64,000 bases of DNA from an uncultured Methylomirabilota bacterium. Lineage in GTDB: Bacteria > Methylomirabilota > Methylomirabilia > Methylomirabilales > 2-02-FULL-66-22. The notes below the pieces were generated by a model. The model saw only the letters and a program-made list of their open reading frames with translations. It did no database searches and was not told where the DNA came from. The position numbers and the translations under genes are program-made. The DNA lies in contig OY970067.1 in assembly GCA_963705305.1 (NCBI GenBank), forward strand, positions 5,472,001 through 5,536,000, given 5' to 3'. Of this stretch, positions 9,357 to 21,041 are shown piece after piece; position 1 is the stretch's first letter; each line of letters starts with the position of its first letter.

Positions 9357-10307
9357 ATGTCCATCAGCCTCCGGCAGCTCGCCATCTTCGAGAGGGTGGC
9401 ACTTCTTGGCAACGCCACGCAGGCGGGGAAGGCGCTCTTCATCAGCCAATCGGCGGTCAGTATGGCGCTCGCCGAGCTGGAGAATCTGAGCGGCGGCGAG
9501 CTCTTCACCCGGTCGGGTCGGCGGCTGCTCCTGAACGAGCGAGGGCGCCGTCTCTTGCCGGAGGTGACCCAGCTGCTGCGGCAGGCGGAGTCCCTGCAGA
9601 GGGCCTTCCAGGAGAGCGCCGATGAGCCGGCGGGGATCCTCCTCGCCGGGGCCAGTACCACGATCGGCAATTACCTGCTCCCGGCTCTCTTTGGCAAGTT
9701 CGCGCGGCGCTACCCTCGGGCGGAGGTGGCGCTCCAGGTCGGGAACTCGCAGCAGATCACGGACGAACTGTTGGCGGGACGGCTGGACGTCGGCCTGATC
9801 GAAGGGCCGTGCCATGCGGACGAGCTCGACTGCGTCCCCTGGCGGGACGACGAGCTGGTGATCGTCGTCGGACCGGAACACCCGTGGTCCAAGTCGGGGA
9901 GGGCGACGCCGGCGATGCTGGCGGCGGCCTCCTGGATCGTGCGCGAGCGGGGCTCGGGAACGCGAGAGGTGTTCGAGGCGGCGATGGCGCGGCTGGGCAG
10001 GCCCTACCGGATCGCCCTGGAGCTGGGGCACACGGAGGCCATCAAGAAGGGGGTGGAAGGGGGGCTCGGCGTGAGCTGTCTCTCGCGCCTGGCCGTGCGG
10101 CGCGAGCTGGAGCTGGGGTGGCTGCGGGAGATCCGGACCTCCCTCGACCTTCGGCGGAAGCTCCTCCTCCTCACCCGCCGGGAGCGGCGGCAGACGCCGC
10201 TCTACCTGGCATTCCTCGCGCTGCTCACCGACCCGGCGGGTTTCGATGCGGGGGTCGAGAGAGATGAATCGCGTACAGACGAATCGGCCAACGGAGGGGA
10301 AGAATGA
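9357..10307 (+). CDS. LysR family transcriptional regulator (YeiE/CysL-like)
   Basis: HTH (ISQSAVSMALAELE), GASTTIGNYLLP, RERGSGTR. Confidence 0.95.
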   Translation: MSISLRQLAIFERVALLGNATQAGKALFISQSAVSMALAELENLSGGELFTRSGRRLLLNERGRRLLPEVTQLLRQAESLQRAFQESADEPAGILLAGASTTIGNYLLPALFGKFARRYPRAEVALQVGNSQQITDELLAGRLDVGLIEGPCHADELDCVPWRDDELVIVVGPEHPWSKSGRATPAMLAAASWIVRERGSGTREVFEAAMARLGRPYRIALELGHTEAIKKGVEGGLGVSCLSRLAVRRELELGWLREIRTSLDLRRKLLLLTRRERRQTPLYLAFLALLTDPAGFDAGVERDESRTDESANGGEE

Positions 10308-11287
10308 AGACGATCGGCTGGGGACTCATCGGGTGCGGCGACGTGACCGAGGTGAAGAGCGGACCGGGCTTCCAGAAGGCGGCGAATTCCCGACTCATGG
10401 CGGTCATGCGCCGTAACGGGGAGCTGGCGATGGACTTTGCGCGCCGCCATGGCGTCCCGAAATGGTACGACAAGGCGGAGGCCCTCATCGCCGACCCGGA
10501 GGTGGACGCGATCTACGTCGCGACCCCGCCGTACGCCCACAAAGACTACACCTTGATGGCCGCCAAGGCTGGCAAGCCGGTGTATGTCGAGAAGCCGATG
10601 GCCATGAACCTGAGCGAATGCCAAACGATGCTCGACGCGTGCCGCGCCGCGAATGTCTCCCTGCTGGTGGCCTACTATCGGCGGGCGCTCCCCCGCTTTC
10701 TGAAGGTCAAGGAGATCGTCGAGTCGGGCCAGATCGGCCGGCCGCGCGCCGTCACCATCGCGCTCTACCGCCCCCACGTGCCGCCTCCGCCCGGCAGCAC
10801 CGACTGGCGAGTAGATCCCGCCGTCGCCGGCGGGGGGCGCTTCGTGGACATGGCGTGCCACATGCTGGACTTTCTGGATTACGTCCTGGGCCCCATTCGC
10901 ACCGCCTCGGGCCTGGCCGCCAATCAGGCCAAGCAGTACCCGGCCGAGGACTGCGTGACCGCCGCCCTCGAGTTCGAATCGGGCGTGCTGGGTGCCGGCC
11001 TCTGGTGGTTCGCCAGCCCCGACCCCGTGGACCGCACCGAGATCGCGGGTACGCGCGGCCGGGTCGTCTTCGCCAGCTTCGACGAGGGGCCCGTCGTGCT
11101 CGAGGCCGGCGGCAGGACGACCGAGTTTCCGATCCCCCACCCGCCGCACGTGCAGCAGCCGCTGATCCAAACGGTGGTGGATCAGCTCAACGGCGCCGGC
11201 CAGTGCCCCAGCACGGGCGAGTCCGCGGCACGCACGACCCGGGTGATGGACCAGATCCTGGCCGGATTCTACGCACCCAGGTCGTAA
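10304..11287 (+). CDS. Gfo/Idh/MocA family oxidoreductase
   Basis: WGLIGCG, YVATPP, VEKPMA, AYYRR; ATGA overlap with lysR. Confidence 0.93.
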   Translation: MKTIGWGLIGCGDVTEVKSGPGFQKAANSRLMAVMRRNGELAMDFARRHGVPKWYDKAEALIADPEVDAIYVATPPYAHKDYTLMAAKAGKPVYVEKPMAMNLSECQTMLDACRAANVSLLVAYYRRALPRFLKVKEIVESGQIGRPRAVTIALYRPHVPPPPGSTDWRVDPAVAGGGRFVDMACHMLDFLDYVLGPIRTASGLAANQAKQYPAEDCVTAALEFESGVLGAGLWWFASPDPVDRTEIAGTRGRVVFASFDEGPVVLEAGGRTTEFPIPHPPHVQQPLIQTVVDQLNGAGQCPSTGESAARTTRVMDQILAGFYAPRS

Positions 11288-11530
11288 GCAGGGCGCCCGG
11301 CCTCGCGCGGGAAGACCGCCGCCTGAGAATCCCCCGCTGTGACAGGGGGACGTGATTGCCTCGCGCGCCCCCTGTCCTTCTTTCCAGCCGACATATTCCG
11401 ACTCCCCGAGCCCCTTTTCGTCTTGACGCCGGAAAGTTACGAGGGTGTCATGGAAAGGGGGGAAGTCCCCGCCCCGGCAGTGTCGGCGGGGGGGGCGTCC
11501 GACCGAGGACGGCCAAGAGGGAGGGGAAAC

Positions 11531-13006
11531 ATGCCAGCGGAAGAGCTTCGGAATTACATCGGCGGGAAATGGGTGCGCTCCACCGGCCTCGGCCGCCAGG
11601 ATGTCGTGAATCCGGCCACCGGCGATGTTATGGCGTCCGTCCCGTTGTCCTCGCCCGCGGAGGTGGATCAGGCGGCGGCCGCCGCCGAGAAGGCATTCGA
11701 AGGCTGGCGCCGGACGCCCGCCCCCCAGCGCATCCAATGCCTGTTCACGCTCAAGGCACTCCTGGAGGAGCACTTCGAGGACCTCGCCCGCACCATCACC
11801 ATGGAGAACGGGAAGATCCTGCCCGAGGCCCGGGCCGAGATGCGCCGGGCCATAGAGAATGTCGAGACGGCCTGCGGCATCCCCACCCTCATGCAGGGCG
11901 ATTTCTCCGAGGACATCGCCCGGGGCATCGACGAGTACACGATCCGCCAGCCGGTGGGCGTCGTCTCGACCATCGCCCCCTTCAACTTCCCGGGGATGAT
12001 CCCCTTCTGGTACCTGCCCTACGCCCTGGCCTGCGGCAACGCCGTGATCCTGAAGCCGTCGGAGCGGACCCCCATCACCATGCAGAAGGTGTTCGGGCTG
12101 CTGGAGAAAGCCGGCTTCCCGCCCGGCGTCGCCAACCTGATCAACGGCGGCGCGGACACGGTGAATGCCATCCTGGACCACCCCGTCATCCGGGGGATCA
12201 CCTTTGTCGGCTCCACGCCGGTGGCGCGTCACATCTACAGCCGCGCCGCCGCCAACGGCAAGCGCGTCCAGGCGCAGGGAGGCGCCAAGAACCCGCTGAT
12301 CATCCTTCCCGATGCAGACCCGGAGTTGACCACCCGCATCGTGACCGACAGCGTCTACGGCAACGCGGGCCAGCGCTGCCTGGCGGCCTCGCTGGTCATT
12401 ACGGTCGACGGGGCGGATCGCGCCTTCATGCCCGCCTTGAGCGAGGCGGCCGCCAGGCGGGTCGTCGGGTACGGCCTGGATCCCGATGTCCAGATGGGTC
12501 CCGTCATCACCCCCGAGAGCAAGGCCCGCATCCGGGGGCTCGTCCAGAAGGGCCTGGACGAGGGGGCAAAGCTTTTGGTGGATGGGCGGGACGCGGCCGT
12601 CGCGGGGTACGAGCACGGGAACTTCCTCCGCCCGACCATCCTGAAGGGCGTGGCCCCCGGCAGCACCATCGCGCGCACCGAGATTTTCGGGCCGGTCATG
12701 GCCCTGCTGCGCGCGGAGACCGTGGACGAGGCCATTGCCCTGGTCAACAGCGGCGAGTACGGCAACATGGCCTGCGTCTTCACCGGCAGCGGCGCGGCGG
12801 CGCGCCGATTCCGCTACGAGGCCCAGGCCGGCAACATCGGCATCAACATCGGGGTAGCTGCCCCCATGGCCTTCTTCCCCTTCAGCGGCTGGCGGAGCAG
12901 CTTCTTCGGCACGCTGCACGCCCAGGGCAAGCACGCGGTGGAGTTCTTCACCCAGACCAAGGTCGTCGTGGAGCGCTGGCTCGAGGAATGGTCCCGCCCC
13001 TTCTGA
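11531..13006 (+). CDS. mmsA: CoA-acylating methylmalonate-semialdehyde dehydrogenase
   Basis: [45 protein letters not shown]. Confidence 0.92.
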   Translation: MPAEELRNYIGGKWVRSTGLGRQDVVNPATGDVMASVPLSSPAEVDQAAAAAEKAFEGWRRTPAPQRIQCLFTLKALLEEHFEDLARTITMENGKILPEARAEMRRAIENVETACGIPTLMQGDFSEDIARGIDEYTIRQPVGVVSTIAPFNFPGMIPFWYLPYALACGNAVILKPSERTPITMQKVFGLLEKAGFPPGVANLINGGADTVNAILDHPVIRGITFVGSTPVARHIYSRAAANGKRVQAQGGAKNPLIILPDADPELTTRIVTDSVYGNAGQRCLAASLVITVDGADRAFMPALSEAAARRVVGYGLDPDVQMGPVITPESKARIRGLVQKGLDEGAKLLVDGRDAAVAGYEHGNFLRPTILKGVAPGSTIARTEIFGPVMALLRAETVDEAIALVNSGEYGNMACVFTGSGAAARRFRYEAQAGNIGINIGVAAPMAFFPFSGWRSSFFGTLHAQGKHAVEFFTQTKVVVERWLEEWSRPF

Positions 13007-13090
13007 CCGCCGCCGCGCGCGACGCGTCTGGGGACAGCTGACCTGGCTTGACCTCTCCCGTGCCCTCCTCCTGCCCGGGAAAGATTCTCC

Positions 13091-13119
13091 TTGAATACCA
13101 TACGCATGTTTGGTATATT
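13091..13119 (+). promoter_or_regulatory. sigma70-type promoter of polB with palindromic operator in the spacer
   Basis: TTGAAT-17 bp-TATATT; dyad ATACCATAC-GCAT-GTTTGGTAT at 13095-13116. Confidence 0.65.
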
Positions 13120-13143
13120 CGACACGATCCGTGAGCCATTCCC

Positions 13144-15489
13144 ATGAATCCTCCACATGCCTTGCTGACGGGCTGGATCTTCGACACGTACCCGACCAAT
13201 GGCGGGATGGTGGTGTGGATTGTGGACGAGGCGGGGAAGAGCCACCGCCTGACAGACCCGTTCCAGCCCAGCTTCTACGCCGCGGGGCCCGTCAAGGCGC
13301 TCCGGCAGCTCGCCGCAGACCTCGCCCGCCTGCACCTCGCGGCGCCAGTCGGAATGACCCACCGGACGGAATTCTGGAGCGGCGACCTGCGCGAGGTGCT
13401 GGAATTCCGCCTCCTCGATCCCGAGCGGCAGCCGGCCCTCCTCCGCCGGCTCGCGGTCCCGCGCCCCGGGCATCACCCTCTACGACTGCGACCTGGCGCC
13501 GGCGCTCACCTACTGTCACGCCCGGGGGATCTTTCCGCTGGCAAAAGTGACTGCCACCGTGGGAACGACCAATGATCAATTCTCAACGACCAATGCGGGG
13601 GCGGGGGAGGCAAATTCGAAATTCGAAATTCGAAATTGCAGTTTCGGGTGGAGGGATCGACGTGGGACCTGGACTATCCGGAGCCGCCGCTCACGCTGAT
13701 GGTCCTGACCTGCCAGGGGGACGAGCAGGGGCGCGGCGCCCCCCTCGGGAGGCTCCGCTCGCTCACCGTCGCCTGTGCCGGCGACCAAGCCACCATCGAG
13801 GAGGGCGACCCCGAGACGCTCCTCGCCGAGCTGAACACCCTCATCCGCCGCTTCGACCCCCACGCCATCGTCACCGACTGGGGCGACGCCTTCCTGGTGC
13901 CGGCGCTCCTCGCCCTGGCGGCGCGCGCCCGCATCCCGCTGGACCTCGACCGCGACATGGTCCGGCGCCGCATCCGGAGCGCGGGCCGCTCCTACTTCTC
14001 CTACGGGCGCGTCGTCTACCAGGCGCCCTCCTACCCGTTCTTCGGCCGCTGGCACCTGGACTCCCGGAACTCCTTCATCCTGAAAGAGACGGCGCTGGCC
14101 GGCCTGTTCGAGCTCAGCCGCCTGTCCAAGGTCCCCGTGCAGAAGATGGCCCGGACCTCGCCCGGCTCGGCCATCAGCATGATGCAGCTCGACCGGGCCC
14201 TCACCGACGGGATCCTGGTTCCCTGGAAGAAGGGCGAGCCGGAGCGGTGGAAGACCGCCTGGGATCTCTTGGTGGCGGACAAGGGCGGCCTGGTTTACCA
14301 GCCCGTCACCGGCATCCACGAGGGCGTGGCCGAGGTGGACTTCGCCTCCATGTACCCCGCCATGATGGCCCGCCACAACATCTCGCCCGAGACGGTGGAC
14401 TGCGCCTGCTGCCCGGACAATGCCGCCCCCGAGATCGGCTACTCCACCTGCCGCCGCCGGGACGGCCTGGTCACCAGGACGCTGCGCCCGATCTTGGCCC
14501 GCCGGCAAGAGCTGAAGCGGCTGCGGAACGCGGCCTCCGGCTCCGCGCGTGAGCGGTACGACCACCGCCAGACCGCCCTCAAGTGGATCCTGGTGACCTG
14601 CTTCGGCTACCTGGGCTACAAGAATGCCCGCTTCGGGCGGATCGAAGCCCACGAGACGGTGACCGCCTACGCCCGCGAAAAGCTCCTCGCCGCCGTGAAC
14701 CTGGCCGGGGACCGCGGCTTCCGCGTGCTGCACGCCATCGTGGACTCCATGTGGATTGCGAAGCCTGGGGCGACCGAGGCCGAGGTGCGGGACCTCTGCC
14801 GGGCCATCCAGGAGGCGGTGGGGATCGACATCAACCTGGAGGGCTTCTACAAGTGGGTGAGCTTTCTCCCCTCGCGCGTGGACCCCAACGTCTCCGTGGC
14901 CAACCGGTACCTGGGGGCCTTCGCGAACGGGGAGCTGAAGCTGCGGGGGATCGACCTGCGCCGCGCCGACACGCCGCCCCTGGTGGCCGAGGCCCAGCAG
15001 CGCATGGTGGAGATCCTGGGCGCGGCGGACGACCTGGCGGGATTCGCGGCACGGATCCCCCGGGTCCTGGAAGTCCTCGCGGAGTACGCCTGGCGGTTGC
15101 GCGAGGGGCAGGTGCGCCTGGACCAGCTCACCATCAAGCGCACCGTCTCCAAGGAGGCGGGCGAGTACAGGACCAACAGCCAGGTCGGGCTGGCCAGCCG
15201 GCAGATGGCCGACCGGGGCGCAGCCGTGCATCCCGGCGAGCGGGTCCGCTACGTGATCAGCGACGCCGACGCCGGGAACGTCGAGGCGCGGGTCACGGTG
15301 GCGCCCCTCCTCGGCGCCGACACGCCGTATGACACGGCCGCGTACCTGGAGCTGCTCTGCCGGGCGGCCGAGACGCTCCTCTGGCACCACGGCTACGATG
15401 TGGCGCGCCTGAAAGCCTTCCTGGCCGAGCGCGGCGTCGCCCCGGCCGGCCGGCAGGGGTCCCGCGTCTCACGCTCAGCACCAAGGTAA
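13144..15489 (+). CDS. B-family DNA polymerase, PolB2-like; two compensating frameshifts as assembled
   Basis: Motif A VDFASMYP, motif B KWILVTCFGYLG, motif C variant AIVDS, CACC insert, LKLRGID. The N-terminal ORF 13144-13575 and C-terminal ORF to 15489 are in the same frame, bridged by a +1-frame segment GITLYDCDLAPALTYCHARGIFPLAKV. Confidence 0.85.
13566..13638. repeat. heptamer-repeat insert within polB
   Basis: ACGACCAATG twice, a G-rich spacer, then (AAATTCG)x3 plus AAATT; AT-rich relative to the gene. Confidence 0.75.
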
Positions 15490-15534
15490 CGGCCTCCGCG
15501 CCTCCGCCTTTGCGCCTCCTCGCCTCCGCCTCTT

Positions 15535-16020
15535 CTATCCTGCCTTCTCCTTCCCGCCAATGCGGGCCACGGGCTTCGCCGTCCCCGGAGGGTTCTGCGC
15601 CACGGTCGCCTCCAGACCATGCACCAGGGCCTGCCGCTCGGCCTCGGACAGTTTCGCTTTGGAATGCATCATGACGTAATACCATGGCGGCATGGAGCCG
15701 CGCTGAACCCGCCTCGCCGACTCGGAGGCTTTCCGCTGGGGGCGGTCCCACTCCGAGAAGTTCACGTGCCGCCGCCCCTCGTCCACGTCATTCTGGACGA
15801 GCCAGGAGACAGGGGCGATCCGCGAGTACCACGGCCAGGTCGTCTGATTGCTGTGGCAGTCGTAGCAGGCCCGAACGGCAAGCTGCCGGGTGGCCGGGCT
15901 GTCCCAGGCCGGCTCTTGGCGAACAGGCGGGTTGGTGTGCGCATGCCCGTAGGGGACCACCTGCATCCCTATCCCGAGCGCAATCAGTGCCCCGAGCGAC
16001 CACATTACGGTCTTCCACAT
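15535..16020 (-). CDS. haem-binding domain (Haem_bd) cytochrome c family protein
   Basis: N-terminal TM, ACYDCHSN (CxxCH), WPWYS, MPP-x-Y. Confidence 0.9.
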   Translation of the reverse strand: MWKTVMWSLGALIALGIGMQVVPYGHAHTNPPVRQEPAWDSPATRQLAVRACYDCHSNQTTWPWYSRIAPVSWLVQNDVDEGRRHVNFSEWDRPQRKASESARRVQRGSMPPWYYVMMHSKAKLSEAERQALVHGLEATVAQNPPGTAKPVARIGGKEKAG

Positions 16021-16243
16021 CCTTGACTCTCCCCTTGGAGTCACAGTGCAGCCACGACCGGATTCTGCTGGAAAAGCTGCGATGGGCGCACTGGAGGGTT
16101 TCTGACGGCCGGGCAGAACGATTCACGACGCCCGGCCGGGTGAGTCTAGCGGGGCAAGACCCCGCTGGCAACCCCCGCTGCCCTCTTTCTGTCTTTTCGT
16201 GGCTCGCCCCTGCACCCTCGCTCCCCTGCTCCCCCTCGCCCCT

Positions 16244-17626
16244 CTACCGCGGCTCCGTCAGCCGCCTGAGATCCAGTAGCTCCTCCAGCTCCGCCGGCGC
16301 AAGGATCTGCTGGGCCAGCGCCAGCTCGCGAACCGGCCGCCCCGTCCGCCAGCTCTCCTTGGCCAGGGCGGCGGCGCGCTCGTAGCCGATGCGCGGGCTG
16401 AGCGCCGTGGCCAGGGCCACCGTCTCCTCGGCATAGCGCCGGCAGCGCTCCGCGTCTGCCTGGATGCCGGCCACGCAGCGGACGGTAAAGGCCAGGATTC
16501 CGCGAGCCAGAAGGGTGAGCGACTGGAATAGGCTGTGGGCGACGACCGGCATCATCACGTTGAGCTCGAGTTGCCCCGCCTGGACGGCCATGGCGACCGT
16601 CAGGTCGTAGCCGATCACCTGGAAGCAGACCATGTTCAGCATCTCCGCCATCACCGGGTTGATCTTTCCCGGCATGATGGAGGATCCAGGCTGGACGGAC
16701 GGCAGGACGATTTCCGCCAATCCGGTGCGCGGCCCCGAGGCCAGCAGGCGCAGGTCGTTGCAGATCCGGATGAGATCCAGAGCCAGCGAGCGCAAGGCGC
16801 CAGACAGGCCGGCGAAGGGCCGCAGGCTCTGCATCGCGTCGAACGGATCAGCCGGCGAGAGATCCTCGCCCGTCAGCCCGGCCAGATCCTCCACCACCAG
16901 CCGCCGGTACTCCGGACGGCTGTTGAGGCCCGTCCCCACCGCCGTCCCTCCCAGGCCCAGGGCGCGTAACGCCCGGCAGGCCTCGCGCAGGAGTGCCTGA
17001 TGCGCCCCGACGGCCGTGGCATAGCCGCCGAACTCCTGCCCCAGCCGGATGGGCGTGGCGTCCTGGAGGTGCGTCCGGCCCGCCTTCACCACTTCGTCGA
17101 ACCGCTCGGAACAGCCGCGGAGCGCCTCCTCCAGCTTGCCCAGGGCGTGGAGCAGGGGGCGGACCAGACTCAGGGCCGCCAGGCGCATGGCGGCGGGAAA
17201 AACATCGTTGGTGGACTGCCCCAGATTCACGTGGTCGTTGGGGTGCACGCGCCCGTATGCCCCGCGCGGCTCCCCCAAAAGCTCCAGCGCGCGGTTGGCC
17301 AGCACCTCGTTGGCGTTCATGTGGTGCGACGTGCCCGCCCCCGCCTGGTACACATCCACGACGAACTGGTCGTGCCAGCGCCCTCCCACCACCTCCTGAG
17401 CGGCCGCGGCAATGGCGCCGCCTATGGCCGGGTCCAGCCTCCCCAGCGCCACGTTGGCACGCGCCGCTGCCAGCTTCACCTGCGCGGTGGCGACGATGAA
17501 GGCAGGGTGCGCCGTCAGGCCGCTGACGGGAAAATTCTCGACCGCACGGAGGGTCTGGATTCCATAGTAGGCATCGGCGGGAACCGCCTTTTCCCCCAGC
17601 GCATCGTGCTCAAGTCGCGTCTCCAT
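16244..17626 (-). CDS. aspA: aspartate ammonia-lyase (class II fumarase/aspartase family)
   Basis: YYGIQTLRA, QAGAGTSHHMNANEV, GRTHLQDATP, GSSIMPGKINP, GQLELNV. Confidence 0.9.
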   Translation of the reverse strand: METRLEHDALGEKAVPADAYYGIQTLRAVENFPVSGLTAHPAFIVATAQVKLAAARANVALGRLDPAIGGAIAAAAQEVVGGRWHDQFVVDVYQAGAGTSHHMNANEVLANRALELLGEPRGAYGRVHPNDHVNLGQSTNDVFPAAMRLAALSLVRPLLHALGKLEEALRGCSERFDEVVKAGRTHLQDATPIRLGQEFGGYATAVGAHQALLREACRALRALGLGGTAVGTGLNSRPEYRRLVVEDLAGLTGEDLSPADPFDAMQSLRPFAGLSGALRSLALDLIRICNDLRLLASGPRTGLAEIVLPSVQPGSSIMPGKINPVMAEMLNMVCFQVIGYDLTVAMAVQAGQLELNVMMPVVAHSLFQSLTLLARGILAFTVRCVAGIQADAERCRRYAEETVALATALSPRIGYERAAALAKESWRTGRPVRELALAQQILAPAELEELLDLRRLTEPR

Positions 17627-17670
17627 CGCCCCCTCCCGGACGTTCCCCACGCCCCCTCCCAGAGACACGA

Positions 17671-17702
17671 AGGGGGAAACCCGACTGGCCGGGTTTCCCC
17701 CT
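17671..17702. terminator. 13-bp stem-loop downstream of the lipoprotein gene
   Basis: AGGGGGAAACCCG-ACTGGC-CGGGTTTCCCCCT; weak U-tract. Confidence 0.55.
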
Positions 17703-17729
17703 ACCTGCTCTGCCGGACGAGGAGTCCGC

Positions 17730-17972
17730 TTACTGGATCGGCTCCACCAGGACCGGGTCGCCCCACCAGTGTTGCTCTTGAGCAGCCATGATGTCAGTCT
17801 TCGTGGTCTGCTTCGGCGTCGCGCGGAAGAGCGAGTACCCCATGTGCTGCCAATCCACGAACTGCGCTCCGCCCTTTCGCTCCATCTCCAGATACGGACC
17901 CCAGCTTGCACACGCGGACAGAGAAAGCATTACGGTCAATCCCAGCGCTGCCACCCACGCAAGTTTGCGCAT
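17730..17972 (-). CDS. small hypothetical lipoprotein (80 aa)
   Basis: RBS AAAGGAGG; signal peptide with lipobox LSAC. Confidence 0.75.
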   Translation of the reverse strand: MRKLAWVAALGLTVMLSLSACASWGPYLEMERKGGAQFVDWQHMGYSLFRATPKQTTKTDIMAAQEQHWWGDPVLVEPIQ

Positions 17973-18033
17973 GGCGGTACCTCCTTTCGTTGGAAGATCG
18001 TACTCCGGCAATTCTCCCACTGTCAAGCGCCGC

Positions 18034-20289
<2,256 letters not shown>

Positions 20290-20607
20290 CTGGACCGCGC
20301 CTCGCGAGTTGCCTGTACGCCCCGCATTATCGCCCGACTGCCGCGGGGTGTCGAGGCTGTTCGAAGGTTAGGCGACGTTGCTTCTTTACGTTCCTTGTTA
20401 TGCGTAATCAACGCGAGAGCGCCCCCGCACTCCATTTGCGCGGCGTGGCCGAGGACCTTCTTCACAGATTACCGAGACCGAGTGCCAGGAAAGCACAGAG
20501 CAACGGAGCCGGCACCAATTCAGGCCGGGGCGCTTCGTGGGGGGTTCCGCCGAAGTAAGCGATTGAATGCCGGTGAGGGTCGTAGGCAGATCGCGGGCGT
20601 TGCAAGC

Positions 20608-20865
20608 TCACTCGGCCGAGGCGGACGCCGAGTCATGGTGCCCGAAGAGCCGGCGGAGCCCGCTCCAACCGCCCTTCTTCCGGTTGCTCCGAGGCCGCCA
20701 GGGCGCCTTGGCGTACCGGTGCAGGTAGTACTCCGGCCGAGTCAGAAAGTTCTCGAAGTCGACGCCCGCCTCGTGGATGGCGCAGCGGATGTATAGCTCG
20801 CCGTAGTATTCCAGCTCTTCGTCGGTCACGTGGAGCAGCGAACTGGTGTCCTGGGATTGAGCCAT
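20608..20865 (-). CDS. small hypothetical protein (85 aa)
   Basis: RBS GAGGAGG before ATG; protein-like composition (MAQSQDTSSLLHVTDEELEYYGELY...). Confidence 0.7.
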   Translation of the reverse strand: MAQSQDTSSLLHVTDEELEYYGELYIRCAIHEAGVDFENFLTRPEYYLHRYAKAPWRPRSNRKKGGWSGLRRLFGHHDSASASAE

Positions 20866-21041
20866 GCGCCTCCTCGGAGCCCGTGGCCACTCTGGCGTTC
20901 GAAGCGGGATGAATATAGCACCGGACCCCGGACGCGACAACGAGAATCCCCGCACGCGAGAGCGACGCGCCGGTTGCCGGGTCGCGGTTCGAGGGCTATA
21001 CTCGATTTCCCGGTGGTGTAAGATACGCTGGGACAGGAGGC

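Noticed and set aside
10202..13156. 984-aa antisense ORF, and similar long shadow ORFs (18550-20796, 41234-43291, 48242-50428)
   Set aside because: They lie opposite well-supported genes and are explained by stop-codon scarcity in high-GC codon-biased DNA; no recognisable motifs.
13573..13575. In-frame TGA in polB as selenocysteine or readthrough
   Set aside because: The conserved-looking residues upstream lie in the +1 frame, so the TGA frame is not the coding frame at that point.
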